NCBI GenBank assembly: GCA_040006795.1
Contig: JBDTWH010000166.1
Coordinates: forward strand, 27,780-91,779
Direction: 5' to 3'
From: Actinomycetota bacterium
GTDB lineage: Bacteria > Actinomycetota > Actinomycetes > Actinomycetales > Dermatophilaceae
Length of the DNA: 64,000 nucleotides
Position numbers and translations under genes: made by a program. The notes below the pieces were generated by a model. It searched no databases and had not been told where the DNA came from. It saw nothing but the letters and a program-made list of their open reading frames with translations. Below are positions 18,648 through 27,718 of the stretch, in pieces; positions within the stretch are counted from its first letter, which is position 1, and the number at the start of each line of letters is the position of its first letter.

Positions 18648-19648
18648 CGGATCGAGCCTTCCGGGAGGGACTGCGGGACATCCGTGCCGATGGGGTCCCC
18701 GGATGGTGCGCCGTCTGAGCCCCGGTGGTCGGGACGAAGGCCCGTGCTGGTCGAGTGGTACTCGACGGACTCCTGGGTCAAAGACATGTAGGCGTCCTCG
18801 AGCGATCCGGTCATCGGCGTCAGCTCGTGGAGCACAACCCGAGCCGCGGCGGCTGCCTCGCCGATCGCCTGGGCCGTGCTGCCGGAGACCTCAAGCCACT
18901 GCGGGGTGGTCGACGTGATGGTGATGCCGGGTCCGGAGAGGAGCTCCACGAGCCGGGACGCCTGGGGGCTGCACACCCGCACGGTCGTGCCGGCCGCCCG
19001 CGCGACGATATCGGCCACAGGTGCGTCCGCCAGCACCTTTCCGCGGCCGACCACGATGATGTGGTCGGCGGTGAGGGCCATCTCGCTCATCAGGTGCGAG
19101 GACAGGAACACGGTCCGCCCCTGACCAGCGTAGAAGCGCACCAGGTTGCGAACCCAGACCACGCCCTCGGGGTCGAGCCCGTTGACCGGCTCGTCCAGGA
19201 TCAGCGTGTGCGGGTCGCCGAGCAGCGCAGAGGCGATGCCCAGGCGCTGGCCCATGCCGAGCGAGAAGCCGCCGACCCGCTTCTTGGCAACGGTCTCGAG
19301 CCCGGTCATCTCGATGACCTCACGCACCCTGGTCTTGCCGATGCCATGCGTTGCTGCCATCGCGAGCAGATGGTTGTACGCACTTCGACCCGTGTGCACG
19401 GCCTTCGCGTCGAGCAGCGAGCCGACCTCCTGCATCGGGGCACGGTGCTGGTCGTATCGACGGCCGTTGACGGTGACCGTGCCGCGGCTCGGGTGGTCCA
19501 GCCCGACGATCAACCGCATCGTCGTGGACTTGCCGGCGCCGTTCGGGCCGAGGAATCCGGTGACTTTTCCAGGATGCACGGTGAACGTGACATCGTCGAC
19601 GGCTACCTTCTTGCCGTAGCGCATGGTCAGGCCATTGGCCTCGATCAT
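18644..19648 (-). CDS. ABC transporter ATP-binding protein
   Basis: ORF trimmed to MIEANGLTMRYG. Walker A GPNGAGKST, signature-like FSLGMGQRL, Walker B LILDEP. Confidence 0.9.
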   Translation of the reverse strand: MIEANGLTMRYGKKVAVDDVTFTVHPGKVTGFLGPNGAGKSTTMRLIVGLDHPSRGTVTVNGRRYDQHRAPMQEVGSLLDAKAVHTGRSAYNHLLAMAATHGIGKTRVREVIEMTGLETVAKKRVGGFSLGMGQRLGIASALLGDPHTLILDEPVNGLDPEGVVWVRNLVRFYAGQGRTVFLSSHLMSEMALTADHIIVVGRGKVLADAPVADIVARAAGTTVRVCSPQASRLVELLSGPGITITSTTPQWLEVSGSTAQAIGEAAAAARVVLHELTPMTGSLEDAYMSLTQESVEYHSTSTGLRPDHRGSDGAPSGDPIGTDVPQSLPEGSIR

Positions 19649-19699
19649 CGGTGGGTTCCTTCGCGTAGGAATGGGATCTTCCACCCAGAGGCTAGAGGG

Positions 19700-21217
19700 T
19701 CAGCCAGCGGGCTGCTGTTGCCACCCCTTGCTGCGTTCGACCGCCTTGAGCCACTGCTGGTATGCCGGGTCGGCGGCCTCACGCGCGCCGCGGCCCGGTT
19801 CGAAGCGACGTTCCAGAGCCCAGGTCGAGGCGATCTCCTCCTGGCTGGACCACACCCCGGTGCCCAGCCCGGCCAGGAATGCCGCCCCCATACCTGTGGT
19901 GCCCGCGATCCTGGGACGTTCGACCGGCACGCCGAGCTGGTCCGCCTGCATCTGCATGAGGAGGGGGTTCTCGCTGGCACCACCGTCCACGCGCAGCACG
20001 GGGATGGGTGTCTCGATGGTGTCGAACACGTCGCGCACCTCGAAGGCGATCGCCTCCAGGGTTGCCCGGACCAGGTGTGCACGGGTGGTTCCGCGGGTGA
20101 TGCCGTGGATCGAGCCCCGGGCCTGCGGATCCCAGTGCGGGGCACCAAGACCGGTCAGCGCCGGCACGAAGACGACTCCCTGGGAGTCCCTGACCGTGTC
20201 CGCGATGGCGGCAGTCTCGGCCGCCGACCCGATGATCTGCAGGCCGTCACGCAGCCATTGGACGGCGGCCCCGGTCACGAAGATCGCACCCTCCAGCGCA
20301 TAGGTCAGGGAGCCGTCGGGACCTTGCCAGGCGACGGTCGACAACAGGCCGGCATCGCTGCGCTGCAACGTCTTCCCGGTGTTCACCAGGATGAAGGAGC
20401 CGGTGCCGTACGTGCACTTGGCCTCGCCGACGCCGAAGCAGGCCTGCCCGAACAGAGCCGCCTGCTGGTCGCCGGCCATTCCCGAGATGGGGGCGTCAAT
20501 GCCCAGGAAGGCTGCAGGGTCCGTGCGGGCGAACTCGCCCCAGTTCGGCACGATCTCGGGCAGGGCGCCCGGGGGAATTCCCAGCAGGTCGCAGAGCTCG
20601 GCCGACCATCCACCCCGCCGCACGTCATACAGCAGGGTCCTGGAGGCGTTCGAGGCATCGGTGACATGTGCGGTGCCGCTGGTCATCCGGGCGACCAGGT
20701 AGGAGTCCACGGTGCCAACCGCCACCTGGCCTGACTCGACGCCGGCCCAGGCCCGGGGGTCGTTCTCGCGCAACCAGGCCAGCTTGGTCCCGGTGAAGTA
20801 GGGGTCCAGCCGCAGGCCGGTCAGCTCCGTGACCCGGGCGCCGTGACCTGCCGACTCCAGCCGCTCACAGATCGCCGAGGTTCGCCGATCCTGCCAGACG
20901 ATCGCCCGCCGGGGTGCCGCGAGGGTATGCCGGTCCCACAGGACCGCGGTCTCGCGCTGGTTCGTGATTCCGACGGCTCGAACCACGGCGTCAGGGGCTG
21001 CGTCAAGTGCCACCCGGGCCGCCGTCTGCGTCGCCTGCCAGATCTCCTCGGGGGCGTGCTCGACCCACCCGGGCTGGGGGAAGTGCTGGGCGAACTCGGC
21101 ATACCCACGGGCAATCACCTCGGCCTCGGCGGTAACCAGCAGCACGGTGACCCCGGTGGTGCCGGCATCGACGGACAGCACCGCGTCGACCCGTCCGACA
21201 GGTGTCTGCCGGCTCAT
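19700..21217 (-). CDS. glpK: Glycerol kinase
   Basis: 505 aa. GITNQRET, WQDRRT, DPYFTGTKLAW, GDQQAALFGQ, KCTYGTGSF. These are FGGY/GlpK hallmarks. Confidence 0.92.
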   Translation of the reverse strand: MSRQTPVGRVDAVLSVDAGTTGVTVLLVTAEAEVIARGYAEFAQHFPQPGWVEHAPEEIWQATQTAARVALDAAPDAVVRAVGITNQRETAVLWDRHTLAAPRRAIVWQDRRTSAICERLESAGHGARVTELTGLRLDPYFTGTKLAWLRENDPRAWAGVESGQVAVGTVDSYLVARMTSGTAHVTDASNASRTLLYDVRRGGWSAELCDLLGIPPGALPEIVPNWGEFARTDPAAFLGIDAPISGMAGDQQAALFGQACFGVGEAKCTYGTGSFILVNTGKTLQRSDAGLLSTVAWQGPDGSLTYALEGAIFVTGAAVQWLRDGLQIIGSAAETAAIADTVRDSQGVVFVPALTGLGAPHWDPQARGSIHGITRGTTRAHLVRATLEAIAFEVRDVFDTIETPIPVLRVDGGASENPLLMQMQADQLGVPVERPRIAGTTGMGAAFLAGLGTGVWSSQEEIASTWALERRFEPGRGAREAADPAYQQWLKAVERSKGWQQQPAG

Positions 21218-22038
21218 CCGACGGCCTCACGCAAGGCCTGGAGCACCCGGCTGTCGATGCCGTCCGGGGTCATCCGCATCTCGAAGTTGGCCTCACCCGC
21301 CCAGTCCTCCAGCGCCTCGTGCAGATCGGGCTGGCTCCTGCCGAGGGTGACCAGACACTGGCGTACCTCATCGGCCAGGGCGCCCTGCAGGGGTAGCACC
21401 GTCTGGGCAGAGCCGAAGTGGAGATCGTGCAGATCCAGCAGCCGGGCCAGCTCGTCTGCCGCGCCGGGGTGGTCATCGACGCGAAGGTCGGCCAGGATGC
21501 CGCATTGGTCGTACCCGGCGCCGGGGGCCACGGCATACAAGGCAGCGGACTGACGCCCGCGCTTGTCCCCACCCGCGTGGTCACCGGCCAACAGCGCACG
21601 TACCAGTCTGGGGGCCATGGGCAGGAGGCGGTTGTCCAGCCAGGCTCTCTGCATCTCCTGGACGACCCGCTCACCCACCAGGATGTTCCCCTGGATGGCA
21701 TACCCGCTGTTCTCGTCGCCGCCGTGCACACCACCGGCCCAGTCCATGCAGCCGCGCCCGGTGAAGGTGCTCTGGTCCCGGGCAGCAACCACGCCGAGCT
21801 GACGGTCCTCGCGTCCTTCATCCGACGAGGTGAGTCTGGCGATCGTGTCCGCGGCGCTAGCGCCCGCTGCCAGCATGTCCAGGCCATCGGTGGCGTACGA
21901 CACCTTGGCCATGGCTTGCGTGGCGACTGCGCCGACACCGAGCTGGGCAGCCGGGACCACGGAGCCAACGGCGATGAACTTGCTGGCCACCGCCACGCCA
22001 AAGGCATCACCAATACGGGCCACAATCGAGAACGTCAT
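21214..22038 (-). CDS. DUF1028-like (Ntn-hydrolase fold) protein
   Basis: ORF 21214..22473 trimmed to MTFSIVARIGDAFGVAVASKF. The Met-Thr-Phe-Ser N-terminus typical of this family is recalled from memory. The upstream 5' extension is antisense to pfk and low-complexity. Its stop overlaps the glpK start (ATGA). Confidence 0.72.
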   Translation of the reverse strand: MTFSIVARIGDAFGVAVASKFIAVGSVVPAAQLGVGAVATQAMAKVSYATDGLDMLAAGASAADTIARLTSSDEGREDRQLGVVAARDQSTFTGRGCMDWAGGVHGGDENSGYAIQGNILVGERVVQEMQRAWLDNRLLPMAPRLVRALLAGDHAGGDKRGRQSAALYAVAPGAGYDQCGILADLRVDDHPGAADELARLLDLHDLHFGSAQTVLPLQGALADEVRQCLVTLGRSQPDLHEALEDWAGEANFEMRMTPDGIDSRVLQALREAVG

Positions 22039-22090
22039 GCCAGCGACCCTAGCGACGGAGGGCCGCCAAATCGACGGTAGATTGGGTTGC

Positions 22091-23116
22091 ATGCGCATCG
22101 GAATGTTGACAGGCGGCGGAGATTGTCCGGGACTGAACGCGGTCATCCGGGCGGCGGTGATCAGGGGAGTCCAGGCGTACGGCCATGAGTTCGTTGGCTT
22201 CCGCGACGGCTGGAAAGGCCCGCTGGAGGGTCTGACCCGTCCGCTGGGCGTCGCGGACGTCGAGGGGATCCTGGCACGTGGCGGCACCATCCTGGGTTCC
22301 TCACGGACCAACCCGTACAAGGTTGACGGTGGGCTGGACCGGATCAGGACGAACATCCAGGATGCCGGGATCGACGCGCTGATCGCGATCGGCGGCGAGG
22401 ACACCCTCGGGGTGGCCAAGAAGCTCACCGACGACGGGCTCGGTGTCGTCGGGGTTCCCAAGACCATTGACAACGACCTCTCGGCGACCGACTACACCTT
22501 CGGGTTCGACACCGCGGTGATGATCGCCACCGAGGCGATCGACCGGGTCCGCACGACCGCCGAGTCGCACCATCGCGGCCTCGTCGTTGAGGTGATGGGC
22601 CGGCACGCCGGCTGGATCGCCCTGCATGCCGGGATGGCCGGGGGAGCCAACGTGATCCTGGTGCCCGAGCGCGAGTTCGACATCGAGGAGGTCGCCGCGC
22701 AGGTTCGCGCCTGCTTCGACCGGGGTGTGGCTCCGATGGTGGTCACCTCCGAGGGCGCGCTGCCGATCGGCGGAGCCGAGTCCCTCAAGACCGGTGAGCT
22801 GGATGCCTTCGGGCACATCCGCCTCGGCGGGATCGCAGACTGGCTGGCCGACGAGATCGAGAAGCGCACCGGCATCGAGACCCGCTCCGTGATTTTGGGA
22901 CACCTGCAACGTGGTGGCACGCCCACCGCCTTCGACCGCGTACTGTCCACCCGGTTCGGGCTGCATGCCGCTGACGCCGTGAACGACAAGGACTTCGGCA
23001 AGATGGTCGCGCTGCACGGCACCGACATCGTGCGGGTTCCCCTGGCTGAGGCGGTCGGGACGCTCAAGACGGTGCCACCGCAGCGGCTGACCGAGGCCGA
23101 GGTCTTCTTCGGCTGA
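22091..23116 (+). CDS. pfkA: 6-phosphofructokinase (actinobacterial ATP/PPi-PFK clade)
   Basis: ORF 21830..23116 trimmed to MRIGMLTGGGDCPGLNAVIR. Also IGGEDTLG and PKTIDNDL. Confidence 0.9.
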   Translation: MRIGMLTGGGDCPGLNAVIRAAVIRGVQAYGHEFVGFRDGWKGPLEGLTRPLGVADVEGILARGGTILGSSRTNPYKVDGGLDRIRTNIQDAGIDALIAIGGEDTLGVAKKLTDDGLGVVGVPKTIDNDLSATDYTFGFDTAVMIATEAIDRVRTTAESHHRGLVVEVMGRHAGWIALHAGMAGGANVILVPEREFDIEEVAAQVRACFDRGVAPMVVTSEGALPIGGAESLKTGELDAFGHIRLGGIADWLADEIEKRTGIETRSVILGHLQRGGTPTAFDRVLSTRFGLHAADAVNDKDFGKMVALHGTDIVRVPLAEAVGTLKTVPPQRLTEAEVFFG

Positions 23117-23198
23117 CAGCGACCCGGCCGACCTGGTCGGGAGCCCGAACCGTGGGCTCAAACCGGGGTCTGGGTACTGAACAACTAGGCTTGCAGCC

Positions 23199-24560
23199 GT
23201 GAGCAACCCCGCCAGTATCGACGCAACCCCTGACGTCATCGCCGGTCTCGACGCCTGGCGCGACCTGCCCGCTGCTCAGCAGCCCTCGTGGCCCGACGCT
23301 CAGGCGCTCGCGAGCGCCGTGAAGACGCTCGCGAGCTATCCGCCGCTGGTATTCGCCGGTGAGTGCGACGTGCTCAAGGCCCGGCTGGGCGATGCAGCGG
23401 TCGGCAAGGCGTTCGTCCTGCAGGGAGGGGACTGCGCCGAGACGTTCGCCTCGGCCACCGCCGACAACATCCGCGACAGGATCAAGACGATCCTGCAGAT
23501 GGCGGCCGTCCTGACCTATGGCGCGTCCATGCCTGTGATCAAGGTCGGCCGTATTGCAGGCCAGTTCGCCAAGCCGCGCAGCAGCAACGACGAGACCCGG
23601 GACGGCAAGACGCTGCCCACCTACCGCGGGGACATGGTCAACGACTCCCCGTTCACCCGCGAGGCCCGCACTCCCGATCCGGACCGTCTCGTACGGGCCT
23701 ACAACGCGAGCTCGGCGACACTCAACCTCGTCCGTGCGTTCACCACCGGCGGGTTCGCCGATCTGCGGCACGTCCACGACTGGAACCGCGGGTTCGTCGC
23801 GAACTCGGCCAACTCCCGATACGAACGCATCGCGGGGAACATCGACAAGGCGATGAAGTTCATGGCCGCCTGCGGTGCCGACTTCGACGCACTTCGCACG
23901 GTGGAGTTCTTCGCCAGCCACGAGGCGCTGCTGCTCGACTACGAGCGTCCCCTGACCCGCATCGACTCACGTACCGGCCTTCCGTATGACGTCTCCAGCC
24001 ATTTCGTCTGGGTGGGGGAGCGCACCCGCGACCTCGGCGGAGCGCACGTCGACTTCCTTTCACGAATTCGCAACCCGATCGGCGTCAAGGTGAGCGCCAG
24101 CGCTGACCCGGACTACCTGCTGCGTCTCATCGACAAGCTCGACCCTGAACGCGAGCCCGGACGGCTGACCTTCATCACCCGGATGGGTTCGGACACGGTT
24201 CGGGAGGCGCTGCCCCCGATCGTCGAGAAGGTGACCGCCTCGCAGGCGGTGGTGACCTGGATCTGTGACCCTATGCACGGCAACACCTTCGAAGCACCGT
24301 CCGGCTACAAGACCCGCCGTTTCGATGACATCGTCGATGAGGTCCGCGGCTTCTTCGAGGTTCACCGGGCGCTGGGCACCATCCCCGGGGGCATCCACAT
24401 CGAGCTCACCGGCAACGACGTCACGGAGTGTCTGGGCGGGGCAGGGGAGATTGTGGACGCTGATCTGCAGATGCGCTACGAGACCCTGTGTGACCCGCGC
24501 CTGAACCACCAGCAGAGTCTCGAGCTGGCGTTCCTGGTGTCCGAGATGCTCTCGTCATGA
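23199..24560 (+). CDS. aroG: Class II 3-deoxy-7-phosphoheptulonate (DAHP) synthase
   Basis: 453 aa. WRDLPAAQQPSWPD, GQFAKPRSS, IHIELTG. The length and motifs match class II (AroA-II) enzymes such as M. tuberculosis AroG. Confidence 0.92.
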   Translation: MSNPASIDATPDVIAGLDAWRDLPAAQQPSWPDAQALASAVKTLASYPPLVFAGECDVLKARLGDAAVGKAFVLQGGDCAETFASATADNIRDRIKTILQMAAVLTYGASMPVIKVGRIAGQFAKPRSSNDETRDGKTLPTYRGDMVNDSPFTREARTPDPDRLVRAYNASSATLNLVRAFTTGGFADLRHVHDWNRGFVANSANSRYERIAGNIDKAMKFMAACGADFDALRTVEFFASHEALLLDYERPLTRIDSRTGLPYDVSSHFVWVGERTRDLGGAHVDFLSRIRNPIGVKVSASADPDYLLRLIDKLDPEREPGRLTFITRMGSDTVREALPPIVEKVTASQAVVTWICDPMHGNTFEAPSGYKTRRFDDIVDEVRGFFEVHRALGTIPGGIHIELTGNDVTECLGGAGEIVDADLQMRYETLCDPRLNHQQSLELAFLVSEMLSS

Positions 24561-25615
24561 CCGACCGCGTCGTGGATCTGCGCTCCGACACGATCACCAA
24601 ACCGGTGATAGCGATGCGAATGGCGATGGCCTCCGCCGAGGTCGGCGACGACGTGTATGGCGAGGACCCGACTGTCCTGGCGCTGGAGGATCGGGTCGCG
24701 GACCTGCTCGGTCACCAGTCGGGTCTGTTCACGCCGTCCGGCTCGATGGCCAACCAGCTCGGAATCAGGCTGCATGTCGGCCCTGGCCAGGAGCTGATCG
24801 CCGACGAGCTGGCCCATGTGCTGCGCGCCGAGATGGGTGCCGCGGCCGTCTTCTCAGGCATCTCGTCCCGATCCTGGGCGGCGCCGAGGGGCCTGCTCGA
24901 CCCGGCTGCGCCCTTACGGCTCATGCAGCCCAACGCAGGGACCTACCAGGTGTCCACCGCGGCGATCGTGGTCGAGAACACCCACAACTTCGGTGGAGGC
25001 ACGGTTCAGCCCCTCGATGCGATCCGCGCCCTGCGCGAGGCCACGCAGCCGTTGGGTATCGCCATGCATCTGGACGGGGCCCGACTCTGGAACGCCCACG
25101 TCGCCACGGGCATCGACCTCGCGGACTACGGCCAGCAGTTCGACACCGTCTCGGTCTGCCTGAGCAAGGGCTTGGGCGCGCCGGTGGGCTCGGTCCTGGC
25201 CGGATCTCGGGAGCAGATCGCGGAGGCTCGTGTATGGCGTAAGCGCTACGGCGGCGGGATGCGCCAGGCCGGGATCCTTGCCGCTGCCGGGTTGTGGGCG
25301 CTGGATCACCACATCCGGCGGCTGGCTGATGACCATGCCCGAGCCCGGACGTTCTCCGAGGCGGTCGCGAGCAGGTTCCCCGGCGTGATCGACCCGGCAC
25401 ACATCCAGACCAACATCGTCATCGCCGATGTTGGCCAGGCGGGTTGGGCTGCAGCTGATTTCGTGACCCTTGCTGAGCAACGCGGTCTGCGGATCCATGC
25501 CGTGAACGAACGCGCCGTTCGCCTGGTCTGGCACCTCGACGTCGATGACGCAGATACCAGCTTTGCCGCCGAGATTGTCAACATGATGTGCGCGCAGGCA
25601 GGGCCGGGATCGTGA
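24557..25615 (+). CDS. ltaE: Low-specificity L-threonine aldolase (PLP-dependent)
   Basis: 352 aa. DLRSDTITKP, GDDVYGEDPTV, and the PLP lysine context SVCLSKGLGAP. ATGA-coupled to aroG. Confidence 0.85.
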   Translation: MTDRVVDLRSDTITKPVIAMRMAMASAEVGDDVYGEDPTVLALEDRVADLLGHQSGLFTPSGSMANQLGIRLHVGPGQELIADELAHVLRAEMGAAAVFSGISSRSWAAPRGLLDPAAPLRLMQPNAGTYQVSTAAIVVENTHNFGGGTVQPLDAIRALREATQPLGIAMHLDGARLWNAHVATGIDLADYGQQFDTVSVCLSKGLGAPVGSVLAGSREQIAEARVWRKRYGGGMRQAGILAAAGLWALDHHIRRLADDHARARTFSEAVASRFPGVIDPAHIQTNIVIADVGQAGWAAADFVTLAEQRGLRIHAVNERAVRLVWHLDVDDADTSFAAEIVNMMCAQAGPGS

Positions 25616-25777
25616 GGATCGGGGCTTGACGAGCCGCCTCCGCTGCCACGGCGCGACGTCAGACTAGGCCAGGCGGCCAGTCACCTGAGCCTGCCCGCCA
25701 CCCCACCGGTGGTCGCCGGCTCAGAGATGTTCGCGAGCGTCTCCCTCGCACTGCCCGAGGGCAGGCGACTGGGCTCG

Positions 25778-25951
25778 CTAGGACTGGCGTCGTGCCTTGT
25801 CGCGGTTGAAGCGGTAGGCGTGCTGGCCGAAGAGGACGGTGCCGAGAAGCGGCCAGAAGTACAACGCCAGACTCGGCTCGAACAGGTGCCAGACCAGGCC
25901 AAAGACGGCTCCGGTCACCAGCCCGATGAGGGCCCACAGCACGACCTTCAT
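25778..25951 (-). CDS. Possible small two-TM membrane protein (57 aa)
   Basis: ORF 25778..26047 trimmed to MKVVLWALIGLVTGAVFGLVWHLFEPSLALYFWPLLGTVLF.... Hydrophobic with a basic tail. No family recognised. The RBS is weak. Confidence 0.4.
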   Translation of the reverse strand: MKVVLWALIGLVTGAVFGLVWHLFEPSLALYFWPLLGTVLFGQHAYRFNRDKARRQS

Positions 25952-25984
25952 GTTCCCCCGATCTCCATGCTCATCTCCAGGGTA

Positions 25985-26019
25985 ACGTCCGTGGCCAGTC
26001 GGTGACTGGCCACGGACGC
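25985..26019. repeat. Long inverted repeat (15 of 16 bp in each arm, 3-nt loop)
   Basis: acgtccgtggccagtc-ggt-gactggccacggacgc. The right arm runs into the first copy of the adjacent 17-bp tandem repeat. Confidence 0.9.
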
Positions 26020-26078
26020 TGTGAGTACACGGACGCTGTGAGTACACGGACGCTGTGAGTACACGGACGCTGTGAGTA
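26011..26078. repeat. Four perfect tandem copies of a 17-bp unit (cacggacgctgtgagta), intergenic
   Basis: Read directly: copies at 26011-26027, 26028-26044, 26045-26061 and 26062-26078. They lie between the malic enzyme stop (26113) and the small ORF start (25951). Confidence 0.97.
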
Positions 26079-26112
26079 TCTGTGAAGCTCAGGGCCCGCA
26101 GATCGCGGGACC

Positions 26113-27558
26113 TCAGATCGTGGCTGTCTTTACCGGCCCGGACGCTACGCCCAGACCGGCCGAGGCTGCGGCCATCTGCACGGCCCTGGCCACCGCCGGG
26201 ACAACCCGCGCATCGAAGATCGAGGGGACGATGAAGTCGGACGACGCGCCGTCCTCGGCCACGATGTCTGCGATCGCCCTGGCAGCCGCAACCTTCATCG
26301 ACATGTCCACGGAGCGAGCGCGGCTGTCAAGCAGCCCGCGGAAGAGACCCGGAAATACCAGCACATTGTTGATCTGGTTTGCGTAGTCACTACGGCCGGT
26401 TGCCACCACCGCGACGTTGTCCGGCATCTCCTCAGGCATGATCTCCGGAACGGGGTTGGCCATGGCAAACACGATGGCATCCTTGGCCATGGTGGCCACC
26501 CACTCGGGTTTCACCAGGCCGGGACCGCTGACGCCGACGAAGACGTCAGCGCCCACCAACGCCTCTTCCAGCCCGCCCCGACGTTCCTGCGGGTTGGAGG
26601 TCTCGGCGATGGATCGCTTCTGCTCGTTGAGGTCGGTCCGGTCTCGGTGGACGATGCCCTTGCTGTCCACCCCGATAAAGTTGCCGACCCCTGCGTGCTG
26701 CCACAGCTTGATGCAGGCCACTCCGGCGGCGCCCATGCCGAGAAAGACGACGTTGAGGTCCTCAAGTCGCTTGCCGACCACTTCGCATGCTCCGTACAGC
26801 GCTGCCAGGGAAACGATCGCGGTGCCATGCTGATCGTCGTGGAAAACCGGGATGTCCAGCTCTTCCTGAAGTCGTCGCTCGACCTCGAAACAGACCGGCG
26901 CCGCCACATCCTCAAGGTTGATGCCACCAAATCCGGGCGCGATGGCCTTGCCCACCGCGACGAGCTCCTCGACGCCGGACGTGCGCACGCAGATGGGGTA
27001 CGCATCCACGCCTGCGAGCTGCTTGAACAGCATCGCTTTGCCTTCCATCACGGGCATGGCGGCCTCGGGACCGAGATCACCGAGGCCGAGTATCGCTGTG
27101 CCGTCGGTCAGCACGGCCACCGAGTTCGACTTGATGGTGTAGTCCCACACCAGTTCGGAGTCCTCAGCGATCGCAGTGCAGACCCGGCCCACGCCCGGGG
27201 TGTAAGCCATCGAAAGGTCATCACGGGTCAGCACCGGGAACTTCGCGGTCACCTCGATCTTGCCGCCGCGGTGGCGGTCGAACACCCGGTCGCTCACTGA
27301 CAGGAGCTCCACGCCGGGGACCGACTTGGCTGCTTCCACGACCTCCAGGCCGTGCGACTCCCCGCGAGTCTGGACCTGGATCTGCCGGACGATGAAGTCG
27401 TCCTGATGCTCGACGATGTCAATGGTGTCCAGGAGCGCGCCTGCGGCGCCAAGTGCCGAGGTCAGTTTCCCCAGTGTGCCGGGAACGCGCTGAAGTGACA
27501 CGCGCAGAGTAAGCGTGTTTCCGGCGGACGGACGGATCATCACCATTTCTTGCACCAT
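26113..27558 (-). CDS. NAD(P)-dependent malic enzyme with an N-terminal ACT-like domain
   Basis: 481 aa. ACT-like N-terminus (LRVSLQRVPGTLGKLTSALGAAGALLDTIDIV), AYTPGVGRVC, Rossmann motif FLGMGAAGVAC. Confidence 0.9.
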   Translation of the reverse strand: MVQEMVMIRPSAGNTLTLRVSLQRVPGTLGKLTSALGAAGALLDTIDIVEHQDDFIVRQIQVQTRGESHGLEVVEAAKSVPGVELLSVSDRVFDRHRGGKIEVTAKFPVLTRDDLSMAYTPGVGRVCTAIAEDSELVWDYTIKSNSVAVLTDGTAILGLGDLGPEAAMPVMEGKAMLFKQLAGVDAYPICVRTSGVEELVAVGKAIAPGFGGINLEDVAAPVCFEVERRLQEELDIPVFHDDQHGTAIVSLAALYGACEVVGKRLEDLNVVFLGMGAAGVACIKLWQHAGVGNFIGVDSKGIVHRDRTDLNEQKRSIAETSNPQERRGGLEEALVGADVFVGVSGPGLVKPEWVATMAKDAIVFAMANPVPEIMPEEMPDNVAVVATGRSDYANQINNVLVFPGLFRGLLDSRARSVDMSMKVAAARAIADIVAEDGASSDFIVPSIFDARVVPAVARAVQMAAASAGLGVASGPVKTATI

Positions 27559-27718
27559 TTTCAGGTCGGTGGGTCGTTTTGTGCGGCCCGGGTATCACCG
27601 GCCGAACGGACACAAGGCTGAGCCAAGGTCGTTTGCCGGTTCGGCTTACTGTAGCCACGCACGAGAAGGGCCGATCGGCCGGGATTCCCCCCGGTGGTGA
27701 ACCAGACCGGGACTGGGT

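Noticed and set aside
18725-20734. Very long ORFs such as 18725..20734 (+, 669 aa), 56058..57965 (+, 635 aa), 62030..63835 (-, 601 aa), 40321..41841 (-, 506 aa), 9591..10814 (-, 407 aa) and 8674..9714 (-, 346 aa).
   Set aside because: Each lies antisense or out of frame to a gene with unmistakable family motifs (ABC ATPase/glpK, PTS IIBC, Pat, the DnaE-type polymerase, glk). Their translations are Arg/Pro/Gly/His-rich low complexity, typical of non-coding frames in high-GC DNA.
21214-22473. 5'-extended versions of real genes in the ORF track: 21214..22473, 34713..36161, 57921..59165, 55528..57036, 50158..51411, 13572..14846, 14921..16264, 46995..49349 and 38324..38899.
   Set aside because: The extensions overlap neighbouring conserved genes or are low complexity. 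Internal starts with an RBS and/or ATGA/GTGA coupling give proteins of the expected family length. ORF 55528..57036 is real only over its last 92 codons (HPr).
26011-26078. Possible CRISPR array or CRISPR remnant (tandem 17-mers), and similar thoughts for the repeats at 45813-46023.
   Set aside because: The repeats are directly abutting with no spacers. The units are far shorter than CRISPR repeats, and no cas genes are present in the window.
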